DNA of 59,607 bases from Elusimicrobiota bacterium (GTDB taxonomy: Bacteria > Elusimicrobiota > Elusimicrobia > UBA1565): positions 1 through 59,607 of the forward strand of contig NVTF01000001.1 of assembly GCA_002401485.1 (NCBI GenBank). The letters run 5' to 3'. Shown here one piece after another: positions 38,316-47,096 of the stretch; positions within the stretch are counted from its first letter, which is position 1; the number at the start of each line of letters is the position of its first letter. The position numbers were made by a program, and so were the translations under genes. The notes beneath the pieces were generated by a model, which did not search any database, had not been told where the DNA came from, and was given only the letters and a program-made list of their open reading frames with translations.

Positions 38316-39562
38316 GACTGCTCCTTCGGGAGGAAAGAGTTCAGGCGGGTCGCCGCAAAAATGATGAGCACCGGCATCACAGGCAACCGATAACGCATCT
38401 GACTAATCACAATAACGTGAACCCCAAAAGTCGCAAGTATCATCCAATAAAACGGGAATAACTCCGAGAACCGTTCGCGCAGCGTCCACGCGCCCCAAAA
38501 CCCCAGAAAAATTAATGCGGGTTCGGTCATCAGGCTCACGGCCGCTAAAATCCAAACCTTCATTCCTGCTCGGGCATCAGAGCTCGCCGCGGGAATCTCT
38601 TTGTTAAGCCGGGGATAGAACCGCCAAAAATTAAACGCCTTATGGATCCACTGACGCAGTACTTGTCCGGGATTCGCCCGCATCCAGGAAAATGCCGCCG
38701 CGCGAAAATAGTCATCCCGGTCGATCTCGGACATGGCCATTCCGCGGCGGTAGACATCGGTCATGCGGAAGGCTTGGCGCGCGAACAAGGTGTCCTGTTC
38801 GTTAAGATCAAAATTCATCGAGCCATCGAGAAAGGTAATACCGCCGTGGGTATCAAGCGTGTAGCGCCCCACAATCCCGTGATTGCGCACCGCCCAGCCA
38901 GCGAGGGGAACCGTCCAGCACAACACCGCCAGGGCAAACGCCTTCGGGGAATATCGGCCCAATACAGACAACCCCAGCAAAGCAAGCCATAAGAAAAGTG
39001 CGATCGGAACACCCTCGGTCCGGGAAAGCCCCGCAAGCGCCCAGAACACGCCGGCCCCGGCGGCGGTAGGGAGTGAGGCCCCGCGCTCGGAAAGGCTTTT
39101 GACGCAGAAACCGAGCCCACACACAGCACCGAAAAGGTAAAGCGTCTCTGACATCAGAACACCCGAATAATAGATGAAGAACGGGTAGACCGCCGCGATG
39201 GCGGTCGCGATCAGGCCCACGCGAGAAGAGCCCGAGGCGGTTTCAGCCGTTTTTCCAAGAGCCCATACAACCGCCGCACCTACAGCGGCCTGCACCAATC
39301 GTGCTGCCAACTTAGAAGGACCGAATATAAAATACGCGGTCCCAAATAAAACGGACGGGAGAGGAGTGACAACCGCGGCCTTCCCCCCCACGCCAAATAC
39401 AAAGTATTGGGACCAACTTAAAGCCTGAGCATGCCACCCGGCCTCGTCCGCTTGATAGAAACCGTTACCTAGAACCAGCGCGAACCCCGCGCGCAGAACA
39501 AATGCAACGACGACCCACGCGACAGGCTTAAGGAAAATTTTGGGGACCCTCAACCAAACCAC
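38312..39562 (-). CDS. GT-C-fold membrane glycosyltransferase (ArnT/PMT_2-like)
   Basis: 416 aa, polytopic. NGFYQADEAGWHAQAL first-loop DE motif. 4-nt overlap with the downstream GT-C gene. Confidence 0.62.
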   Translation of the reverse strand: MVWLRVPKIFLKPVAWVVVAFVLRAGFALVLGNGFYQADEAGWHAQALSWSQYFVFGVGGKAAVVTPLPSVLFGTAYFIFGPSKLAARLVQAAVGAAVVWALGKTAETASGSSRVGLIATAIAAVYPFFIYYSGVLMSETLYLFGAVCGLGFCVKSLSERGASLPTAAGAGVFWALAGLSRTEGVPIALFLWLALLGLSVLGRYSPKAFALAVLCWTVPLAGWAVRNHGIVGRYTLDTHGGITFLDGSMNFDLNEQDTLFARQAFRMTDVYRRGMAMSEIDRDDYFRAAAFSWMRANPGQVLRQWIHKAFNFWRFYPRLNKEIPAASSDARAGMKVWILAAVSLMTEPALIFLGFWGAWTLRERFSELFPFYWMILATFGVHVIVISQMRYRLPVMPVLIIFAATRLNSFLPKEQS

Positions 39563-40269
39563 CGAAAGCGAAGAATCGCCAGGAATACGGTCGTTCCATC
39601 ACGCCAGAAACGAATTTTTTTTCCCTGCGCCGTGCTGCGGGAGGCGTAACTCACGGCGACCTCCATCGGAATAAATCCCTTCCGAATCAGCTTCGCAACC
39701 ATCTCCCAATCCAGATCAAAATAATTGCACTTCCAATGAATGCCTTCCATACAGGAACGGCGAAAAACCTTATACATCGTCGCCGGATCGGTCAGCGACA
39801 CCCCATAGAGAATATTGAAGAGCATGGTGAAAAACTTACCGCCGACATTAATCACGCGGGCATAAAACTGATCATCGATAAAGCTGCGAAATTGCCAATC
39901 CTCATGCCCAAGATGGCGTGACCCGAGCACAAAATCAGCCTTGCCTTCAATAATCGGCGCAAGCAATCGCGGATAATCCTTGATGTCATATTCAAGATCA
40001 CCATCCTGGATGAGAATGATGTCGCCGGTCGCAGCCGCAAGAGCCGCCTTGATCGCGTTGCCTTTTCCCCGGGGGCGGTCCTGATACAACGCTTGAATCT
40101 TGCCCGCCGCTTCAAATTCCTTAACAATCTCCCGACTGCCATCGGTGGAGCCGCTTTCCACAACAATGATTTCCTTCTCGGCATCAATCTCGACATCAAG
40201 AACCTTGTCGAGCAGTTCACGCACCGAGGGGGCTTCATCAAAAATTGGGATCAGGATCGAAACCTTCAC
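39550..40269 (-). CDS. GT2 glycosyltransferase, polyprenyl-phosphate sugar synthase-like
   Basis: 239 aa. VSILIPIFDEAPSV...IIVVESGSTDGS...ILIQDGDLEYD. Confidence 0.85.
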   Translation of the reverse strand: MKVSILIPIFDEAPSVRELLDKVLDVEIDAEKEIIVVESGSTDGSREIVKEFEAAGKIQALYQDRPRGKGNAIKAALAAATGDIILIQDGDLEYDIKDYPRLLAPIIEGKADFVLGSRHLGHEDWQFRSFIDDQFYARVINVGGKFFTMLFNILYGVSLTDPATMYKVFRRSCMEGIHWKCNYFDLDWEMVAKLIRKGFIPMEVAVSYASRSTAQGKKIRFWRDGTTVFLAILRFRWFG

Positions 40270-41219
40270 CGGGCGAGAGCCTCCGGGGTTTCCATCAAGT
40301 ATCGCACCGTGCGGCGAATCCCCACTTCAATTTTTGTTTGCGCCGACCAACCCAGTGCGGACATGCGGCGCGTCGATAAACGAACGACAGGACTATCGCC
40401 CACCCATCCGCGCACACCCCCCGAATGCCTGATGCGAACACCGTGCAGATCCATTTCGGAAGCGACGATGCGCGCGAGGCGATCGACACCCATGGACTCC
40501 CTATGCCCGAGGTTGTAGATCTGGGAAAGGCCGCGCCCACGAGTGATCGCTCGAAAAATCCCCTCGACGCCGTCTTTAACATAGAGATAGGATTTCCGTT
40601 GGCGGCCGTCGCCGAGCACTGGAAGAACCTTTCCGTTTTTTCGAAGTTTTTTCACGAAGTCGTACACGACGCCGTGGGTGTAACGCTCTCCGATCCACGA
40701 CACGAAGCGAAACGACCAACTCCGGATGCCGAAATAATTCCCGTAGGCCTGAATCATGGCTTCTCCGGCTAGCTTCGACGCGCCGTATACCGAGGTCTGA
40801 ATCCCCGCGTACTCTTCCGGAGTGGGGAAACGTTGGGGTTCCCCGTATACAACCGCCGAGCTTGCGAAAACCAACTTCTTAGCCCGCGCCGCACGCATCG
40901 CCTCCAGCACCCGATGCGTGGCAATTGTGTTTTGTTCTAAATCAACCCGAGTGTCCTTGGTCCCGCCGCGCACATCGGCGTTTGCCGCAAAATGGAACAC
41001 CGCGTCATGCCCTCGCATCGCGGCCGTCATGCGTTTAAGATTCAACACATCGCCCTTCACGATCTTAACCCGGCGAGTCGCGAGCGCCGATTTCAGAAAA
41101 ATATTTTTCCCTGCGCTAAAATTATCGTAGACGGTGACGCGTGCGCCTTTCTCCGCCAGATGGTCGACGATATGGCTTCCAATAAATCCGGCTCCACCGG
41201 TAACGAATACTTTTTTCAA
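40266..41219 (-). CDS. NAD-dependent nucleotide-sugar epimerase/dehydratase (SDR)
   Basis: MKKVFVTGGAGFIGSHIVDHL, and YGASKLAGE (the YxxxK motif). Confidence 0.9.
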   Translation of the reverse strand: MKKVFVTGGAGFIGSHIVDHLAEKGARVTVYDNFSAGKNIFLKSALATRRVKIVKGDVLNLKRMTAAMRGHDAVFHFAANADVRGGTKDTRVDLEQNTIATHRVLEAMRAARAKKLVFASSAVVYGEPQRFPTPEEYAGIQTSVYGASKLAGEAMIQAYGNYFGIRSWSFRFVSWIGERYTHGVVYDFVKKLRKNGKVLPVLGDGRQRKSYLYVKDGVEGIFRAITRGRGLSQIYNLGHRESMGVDRLARIVASEMDLHGVRIRHSGGVRGWVGDSPVVRLSTRRMSALGWSAQTKIEVGIRRTVRYLMETPEALAR

Positions 41220-41220
41220 A

Positions 41221-41862
41221 TTAGGCCTGCTTCAAGTAGAACGTAAGAATGTGCATCACGGAGGAATGCATGTCTTCAACGACGCCATATTGAGTGCTCG
41301 GCACCAGCACCGACACATCCACCATGCGCTTCAACTTTCCCCCGGAAAACCCCAGCAGCGCCGCCGTTTTAGCGCCGCGTTTTTTCGCAAACCGAACGGC
41401 ATCAAGTACATTGGGCGAGTTCCCGCTGCCCGTAATCACGAGCAGGATATCGTTGGCATTGAGGAGGTTTTCCAACTGCCTCGAGAAGACACGATCATAA
41501 CCAAGGTCATTGCCGATTGCGGTGATAAATGAGGTGTTGTCGGTAAGTGCAATGCAGCGCAGCGGTTTCTTACCCTTTACCATGGCCGTCTTCGAAAGAT
41601 CGGTCGCCGCATGCGACGCCGTCGCCGCCGACCCCCCGTTGCCGATTACAAACACCTGCCGCTTCGTCCCGCGCGCGGCCTTAAGCCAACCCGCGATTTT
41701 CGCTATCGCCGCTGTATCGAGTCCGTGGAATTGCTCCAACATGCGTTCGCGATACCACTGGGCAAACTGGCGCGGGGTCAATCCTGTGGGACCGGTTCCA
41801 TACGTTTTATCGGCCCAATCACCGCCCTGAAGAAATTTGGTTTTCATGATTCCTCTATCCAC
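41221..41862 (-). CDS. gmhA: SIS-domain sedoheptulose-7-phosphate isomerase
   Basis: FVIGNGGSAATASHAATDL, AIGNDLGYDRVFSRQ, VITGSGNSPNV and VVEDMHSSVMH follow the GmhA pattern. The start may be the ATG at 41847. Confidence 0.78.
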   Translation of the reverse strand: MDRGIMKTKFLQGGDWADKTYGTGPTGLTPRQFAQWYRERMLEQFHGLDTAAIAKIAGWLKAARGTKRQVFVIGNGGSAATASHAATDLSKTAMVKGKKPLRCIALTDNTSFITAIGNDLGYDRVFSRQLENLLNANDILLVITGSGNSPNVLDAVRFAKKRGAKTAALLGFSGGKLKRMVDVSVLVPSTQYGVVEDMHSSVMHILTFYLKQA

Positions 41863-42826
41863 TGACGTAAACGATCTTGGAGCCCTCAGGCTCGAATTTA
41901 AACGGAATCTCCCGCCATCCCTTCATCGAACGGCGCACGGCATCCTGGCGTCCGTCTTTGGCAAACAACAACAAAAACCCGCCGCCGCCAGCGCCAAGCA
42001 CCTTGCCGCCTAGCGCCCCGGCTCGACGGGATTTCGCGTAGGCACGATCAATACGGGGATTGGATATGCCTTTTGCGAGACTTTTCTTCAACTCCCATCC
42101 TTCATGCAGGATCTCACCCAGGTCATCGATCCGACCTCGGTGCAGACTTTCGCGCGCGACGTCGGCAAATCCCCGGATACGCCGTAGATGCTCCCGGTTT
42201 GCTTTCGCGCGCCGCCGCTGCCGATTAAGGATGCGACTGGCGCTGCGCGTGGCGCCGGTATAGAACAAAAGCATTCGTTCGTTAAGCGCCGCCTCTTTTC
42301 CGCGCGGGAAAATAATCGGACGAACCCGAACATCTCCGCCGGGGAGAAACTCAATGAACTGAAATCCACCGTGGGCCGCAATGGTTTGATCCTGCTTTCC
42401 AATCGGCTCCTTCACCCGGTCTATCTCAATGGCACAGGCCTCGCCTGCCAGACGTTCCGCCGAAACATACCGTCCCTCAAACGCGTGCAGCGCGTGCAGC
42501 AATCCGACCGTAAAACTCGAAGAGGAACCCAATCCCGTGCCGGCCGCAACATCGGCGGCGGAGGCGATCTCAATGCCGCCGTGGATTTTTGCCAACCGGA
42601 TCGACTCCCGCATCAAAGGGTGTTTGATCTGCGAAACGCGTTTGACCAGTTCGGTCCGCGAATATTTGAGCAGAATGCGGTCCTCGAAATAGGGATGAAC
42701 ACTCACGTACATATATTTATCGATGGCCGTGCTTACTACAGCTCCCGGTTCCTCGCCATAAAACGACTCGAGGTCGGTGCCGCCGCCGGCGAAGCTGATT
42801 CTAAACGGGGTTCGGGAAATGATCAT
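41855..42826 (-). CDS. hddA: GHMP kinase, D-glycero-alpha-D-manno-heptose-7-phosphate kinase
   Basis: In-frame ATG at 42826 (ATGA overlap). MIISRTPFRISFAGGGTDL and AAGTGLGSSSSF (GHMP motif). Confidence 0.82.
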   Translation of the reverse strand: MIISRTPFRISFAGGGTDLESFYGEEPGAVVSTAIDKYMYVSVHPYFEDRILLKYSRTELVKRVSQIKHPLMRESIRLAKIHGGIEIASAADVAAGTGLGSSSSFTVGLLHALHAFEGRYVSAERLAGEACAIEIDRVKEPIGKQDQTIAAHGGFQFIEFLPGGDVRVRPIIFPRGKEAALNERMLLFYTGATRSASRILNRQRRRAKANREHLRRIRGFADVARESLHRGRIDDLGEILHEGWELKKSLAKGISNPRIDRAYAKSRRAGALGGKVLGAGGGGFLLLFAKDGRQDAVRRSMKGWREIPFKFEPEGSKIVYVSG

Positions 42827-43425
42827 GCGCTTGCCTGCCTCGCGATAATCCAATCCGCCGCCGCAGAGAGATCGGCGGCGACAGCGTCGGGCTTGGCATC
42901 CGGACAATTGCCGTCCTTTCCACCAAATCCGGTTTCGAGCAGCACCGTGCCCCGACAACCGGCGGCGATGCCGGCGGCGATGTCGCGCGTACTATCCCCG
43001 ACGAAATAAAACGCCCCCACCGGCATGCCCATGGCCGCAGCTCCGTCCAGCAGCATGCCGGGTTTGGGTTTACGGCAGTCGCATTCACGACGGTAGCGCG
43101 GATCATTCGCCTCAGCATGATGCGTCTCTGGATGATGCGGACAGAATCGAATATCATCAACGACTGCATCCTCCTCGGCCAGCAGCTCGCGCAGGCGTGC
43201 ATGCACGCGCCCAAGCCCCTCTTCATCAAGCAATCCTCGCGCCACCACCGGCTGATTCGTCGCTACCACAATCGCCGCTCCCGCAGCTTTAAGCCGCTTG
43301 ATCGCCGCCGCGGAACCCGAAATTATCCTTAACTTGGCGGGATCATCAATAAGACCCACCTCTTCGTTGATCGTTCCATCACGATCAAGAAAAACACCCC
43401 AATCGCTCACGCGCTTTCCTCGCAA
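42823..43425 (-). CDS. gmhB: D-glycero-D-manno-heptose-1,7-bisphosphate phosphatase (HAD)
   Basis: VFLDRDGTIN (DxD). Zinc-site pattern FCPHHPE...CDCRKPKPGM. VGDSTRDIAAG. Confidence 0.85.
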   Translation of the reverse strand: MRGKRVSDWGVFLDRDGTINEEVGLIDDPAKLRIISGSAAAIKRLKAAGAAIVVATNQPVVARGLLDEEGLGRVHARLRELLAEEDAVVDDIRFCPHHPETHHAEANDPRYRRECDCRKPKPGMLLDGAAAMGMPVGAFYFVGDSTRDIAAGIAAGCRGTVLLETGFGGKDGNCPDAKPDAVAADLSAAADWIIARQASA

Positions 43426-44111
43426 TAACGCGCGTACCGCTCGGGGGTGCCGATATCACGCGCGCCGCTCTCAATGCGATGCGCCTCCAGACGCTCCCCG
43501 GAGGCAAGCGCCTTGGGAAATACGTCCCGTGCAAAATCACTGGGGGCATGCAACGGTGCATATTCAGTCAGCGCGGGTCTCACAACCCAAACAGCGCAGC
43601 ACCCAAGACGCTCCCCCGCCGACTCAGGGGCATTGTTCAGTCGGCCTATCCAGCTGATTTTTCCATCGTCATCAACATCGGCAAGATCGGAATCCTCTGG
43701 ATGGTCTGTCGGGCGCACGACGAGAGTCGCCGCAGCCCCGGTCTCGGCATGCCGCCGCATCAGGGACCGAGCGTCGAAATCCACTATGAGATCGCCGTAA
43801 AGAACCAGCAAATCCCCCGTAATCGCGGACCCCAAATCACGCACCGCACCCGCAGTTCCCCGCGGGGACTCTTCGACTTGATAAATCAGCGAAACACCAT
43901 ACTCGGATCCGTCCTTAAATACCTCACGGACCCGATCCGCTCGATAACCCAAACACAGAAAAACCTCTTCAAATCCCGCCTTTTGCAGCCATTCCAGCTG
44001 ATGGGCGAGGAGGGGGCGGCCATGCACAGGCAAAAGGGCCTTCGGCTCATGCGTGAACGAACGCATGCGCGTGCCCTGGCCTCCAGCTAATATGGTCGCT
44101 TGTGCCTGCAC
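43407..44111 (-). CDS. hddC: Sugar-1-phosphate nucleotidyltransferase (heptose-1-phosphate guanylyltransferase-like)
   Basis: ATILAGGQGTRMRSFTHEPKALLPV signature. The start is uncertain: GTG 44111 is preferred, and the track ORF begins at 44249, inside the upstream gene. Confidence 0.72.
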   Translation of the reverse strand: MQAQATILAGGQGTRMRSFTHEPKALLPVHGRPLLAHQLEWLQKAGFEEVFLCLGYRADRVREVFKDGSEYGVSLIYQVEESPRGTAGAVRDLGSAITGDLLVLYGDLIVDFDARSLMRRHAETGAAATLVVRPTDHPEDSDLADVDDDGKISWIGRLNNAPESAGERLGCCAVWVVRPALTEYAPLHAPSDFARDVFPKALASGERLEAHRIESGARDIGTPERYARYCEESA

Positions 44112-44197
44112 TTTTTCCAAATCCGAACGGCCCGAGTATAGCAAAAGGAGGCCCCCAATCCCCGTCGGGGCCCGTACGCGCGCGCGAGCGCGAAGGA

Positions 44198-44956
44198 TCA
44201 GACCTTGTCGTATTTCTCGACTGTGATCCAGCCCTTCTTCCAGAGCCAATATTCAAAAGTCGATTGGAGGACCTTGAACCCGTAATCGAAAACGTTCACG
44301 AAGTTCGGTTCATCGCCATAATACGTGGGAATCGGCATTTCCGCGATCCGCAGTTTCTTGATGTGAAACTGGATCATGATATCGGTATCGAAATGATAGT
44401 CGTCGGCGCATAAATCAAAAGGGATTTTGGCGAGCGCATCGCAGCGAAACACTCGGTACCCGGAATGGAATTCGGAATAATTGGTGCCGAGAACAAAATT
44501 CTCAATGCCAGTCAAAAATTTATTACCTAGGAATTTATAAATCGGCATGCCGCCCTTGAGAGGCAGTCCCGCGATCCGGGAACCGAACACCATGTCCGCT
44601 TCATTATTCTCAAGCGGCTCCAACAAGCTGGGAATTTTCTCCGGTGCGTATTGCGCATCGCCGTGAAGCATCACCACAATATCAAAGCCCTGGTCGATGC
44701 AGTACTGATACGCGCGCTTCTGCGACCCCCCGTAACCGCGATTGGTCTCATTACGAAACACTTCCAATTTGTCGAGACCATGCTTCTCACGATAACCTAC
44801 GCCGATTAAATAAGAATTATCGGCGCTCGCATTATCGATGATAAAAATCTGCTTAACCTTTTCCTTTATCTCGGGAGGAATGCGGTCGAGAACCTTTGGA
44901 AGCGTACTCGCGGCGTTAAAAGCCGGTATAAAAATCGCGATTTTAGAATCAGCCAT
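44198..44956 (-). CDS. GT2 glycosyltransferase
   Basis: KIAIFIPAFNAASTLPKVL...IFIIDNASADNS...VMLHGDAQYAP. I prefer the ATG at 44956 (the track start is 44986). Confidence 0.85.
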   Translation of the reverse strand: MADSKIAIFIPAFNAASTLPKVLDRIPPEIKEKVKQIFIIDNASADNSYLIGVGYREKHGLDKLEVFRNETNRGYGGSQKRAYQYCIDQGFDIVVMLHGDAQYAPEKIPSLLEPLENNEADMVFGSRIAGLPLKGGMPIYKFLGNKFLTGIENFVLGTNYSEFHSGYRVFRCDALAKIPFDLCADDYHFDTDIMIQFHIKKLRIAEMPIPTYYGDEPNFVNVFDYGFKVLQSTFEYWLWKKGWITVEKYDKV

Positions 44957-46304
44957 TCTGTTTGAAGAATTCGTCAACGGACTCAATCACATAATCCTGC
45001 ATCGCCGGGGTCAATCCCGGATAGACGCCCAAAAAGAATGTGTCGTTCATCACGCGATCGGTGTTCTCGAGAGATTTGTGTACGCGGTGATCGACGCCGT
45101 GAAAGGCGGGTTGGCGCAGGATATTCCCGGCGAAAACGAGGCGCGTTTCGATATTGCGCTCTTCCAAAAACCGCGTGAGCGCAGCGCGCGAAACACCCTC
45201 TCTCACCGTAATCACGTAGCCGAACCAACAGGGATCCGCTTTTTCGTGCTTCGTGGGAAGTATCAACCGGTCTTCATACTTCTTAAAAGCATCGTGGTAG
45301 CGTTTAAAATGAATTTGCCGCAACTTAACGAAGGAGTCCAGCTTTTCCAACTGCACAAGCCCAATCGCCGCCTGCATGTCGGTCGGCTTTAAGTTGTAGC
45401 CGAGATGCGAATAGGTATATTTGTGATCGTATCCCTTTGGAAGACCCCCCAATTGCCAATCAAATCGTTTGCCGCAGGTATTGGAAACGCCGGCCGGACA
45501 CCAGCAATCGCGGCCCCAGTCCCGAAAGGATTCGACGATTTTCGCGTATTTCCCTTCGTTGACAACAACCCCGCCGCCTTCCCCCGTCGTCATTTGGTGC
45601 GCCGGAAAAAAAGACAAGGTCGACATCGCGCCGAAGGTTCCCACCTTTTTTCCGCCGTAAGTGCCGCCGAACGCGTCACAGCAATCCTCAATCAAAACAA
45701 GATTCTTCTCTTTGGCGAGTTTCAAAACCGCATCGAGATCGAAGGGGTTGCCGAGTGTATGCGGAAGAAAAATCGCGCGCGTTTTAGGACCAACCGCCTC
45801 CGCCAAAAGCTCGGGGTTGGCGTTGTAATCCCCCAAGGTCACATCAATAAACACCGGCGTGAGCTTGTTCTGCACGATGGGCGCAAGCGTGGTCGGAAAC
45901 GTCGCCGCCGGCGTCAACACTTCGTCTCCGGGACGCAGGGGGTTTTTAAGCGTCGGACTTGTAAGACTGGAGATGGCGACAAGGTTGGCGCTCGATCCCG
46001 AGTTCACAAAAACGAAGCGGCGCGCGTCAAAATACTTTTTAACCGCTTGTTCAAATTTTTCCCCGTAGGGTCCAAGCGTTAGCCAAAAATCCAACGAGCT
46101 TGCAACGAGACTGCGCATCTCTTCATCATCAAAAACACGCCCGGCGTAATGCACGCGGTCACGCCCGGGCGCGAACTCTTTTTTCTCATCTTCACGCAGA
46201 TGATAGAGTTCGGCCACAAGCGCATCGATCTTAGAGCGGATCGCCAGCTCTTCAGGACTCTGTTCAGCCCCCAGTTTGCGGCGTCCAAGTGAAGCTTCAG
46301 GCAT
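44949..46304 (-). CDS. rfbH: CDP-6-deoxy-L-threo-D-glycero-4-hexulose-3-dehydrase-like (E1, RfbH/DdhC; DegT family)
   Basis: 451 aa. NSGSSANL, SFFPAHQMTTGEGG (His where aminotransferases have the PLP lysine), and RDWGRDCWCPAGVSNTC (C-x-C-x7-C iron-sulfur motif). Confidence 0.82.
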   Translation of the reverse strand: MPEASLGRRKLGAEQSPEELAIRSKIDALVAELYHLREDEKKEFAPGRDRVHYAGRVFDDEEMRSLVASSLDFWLTLGPYGEKFEQAVKKYFDARRFVFVNSGSSANLVAISSLTSPTLKNPLRPGDEVLTPAATFPTTLAPIVQNKLTPVFIDVTLGDYNANPELLAEAVGPKTRAIFLPHTLGNPFDLDAVLKLAKEKNLVLIEDCCDAFGGTYGGKKVGTFGAMSTLSFFPAHQMTTGEGGGVVVNEGKYAKIVESFRDWGRDCWCPAGVSNTCGKRFDWQLGGLPKGYDHKYTYSHLGYNLKPTDMQAAIGLVQLEKLDSFVKLRQIHFKRYHDAFKKYEDRLILPTKHEKADPCWFGYVITVREGVSRAALTRFLEERNIETRLVFAGNILRQPAFHGVDHRVHKSLENTDRVMNDTFFLGVYPGLTPAMQDYVIESVDEFFKQNG

Positions 46305-46398
46305 CGTTGGCGCTAGTTTAACCGACTAGCGGGCTAGGGTCAATGTGACAGACCTCCAAGTTCCCGTCGCTTCAACGACGAAATGTCCCCAACTCCCT

Positions 46399-46559
46399 CT
46401 GCTATCTCCTCAGGCAGCACAATCGTATCGATACAGGTCTGCTATCTCCCCAGATAGCACATTAGCCCCGGCGACAATTCTGCTACCTCTCCCGGCAGCA
46501 CAATCGTATCGATACAGGTCTGCTATCTCCTCAGGCAACAGAATACCATCGACGCGTTT
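46399..46559. repeat. Four tandem ~40-bp repeats in the rfbH / Mo-hydroxylase divergent intergenic region (candidate operator array)
   Basis: Units start at 46399, 46439, 46480 and 46520, each opening with CTGCTAYCTC. Units 1 and 3 differ at 4 of 40 positions. Internal palindromes are GCTATCT-CCCC-AGATAGC (46441-46458) and GTATCGATAC (46425-46434, repeated in unit 3). Confidence 0.85.
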
Positions 46560-46640
46560 CAATCACTCCTTCTCGCTTCGAATGTATTATCCGTTCCGTC
46601 TTGGCGAGCGCAATTGCCCCAAAAATAATACTGTCACCGG

Positions 46641-47096
46641 ATGATCTCCCTAACTGTTAACGGAAAACAAAAAAACCTCGATACCGACAAAGATATGCCC
46701 TTGTTGTGGGTACTCCGCGACGTCCTGGGGCTCAAAGGAACAAAATTCGGCTGCGGCCAGGGACTCTGCGGCTCGTGCACGGTTCACCTCGACGGCAAGG
46801 CGGTGCGCTCCTGCCAAACCCCGTTGGCCTCTGTCGAAGGACGAACGGTCACAACAATTGAAGGGTTATCAACAGACGGCTCCCATCCCTGCCAGGTTGC
46901 GTGGCGCGGGGAGAAAGTCCCGCAATGCGGATACTGCCAACCGGGACAGATCATGAACGCGGCCGCGTTTCTTGCCGAGACCCCCTCCCCGTCAGAACCA
47001 CAAATTGAAAAGGCGATGGCGGGCAATCTTTGCCGCTGCGGAACCTACGGTCGAATCAAAAAAGCGATTCGTGTCGCCAGCGGGAGCGTAAAATGA
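46641..47096 (+). CDS. Molybdenum-hydroxylase small subunit, [2Fe-2S]-binding (IorA/aldehyde oxidoreductase type)
   Basis: 151 aa. [12 protein letters not shown] and CGYCQPG...CRCGTY, the two 2Fe-2S motifs. Confidence 0.9.
   Translation: MISLTVNGKQKNLDTDKDMPLLWVLRDVLGLKGTKFGCGQGLCGSCTVHLDGKAVRSCQTPLASVEGRTVTTIEGLSTDGSHPCQVAWRGEKVPQCGYCQPGQIMNAAAFLAETPSPSEPQIEKAMAGNLCRCGTYGRIKKAIRVASGSVK

Noticed and set aside
46399-46559. A possible mini-CRISPR array
   Set aside because: There are only four units, and the repeat part is degenerate. Two of the would-be spacers are identical (ACAATCGTATCGATACAGGT). No cas genes or leader are present. The structure fits an operator array or minisatellite better.
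46345-46644. 99-aa ORF spanning the tandem repeats
   Set aside because: Its internally repeated peptide (AAQSYRYRSAIS twice) only reflects the 40-bp DNA repeats. It has no start context or Shine-Dalgarno site, and it lies in a divergent promoter region.
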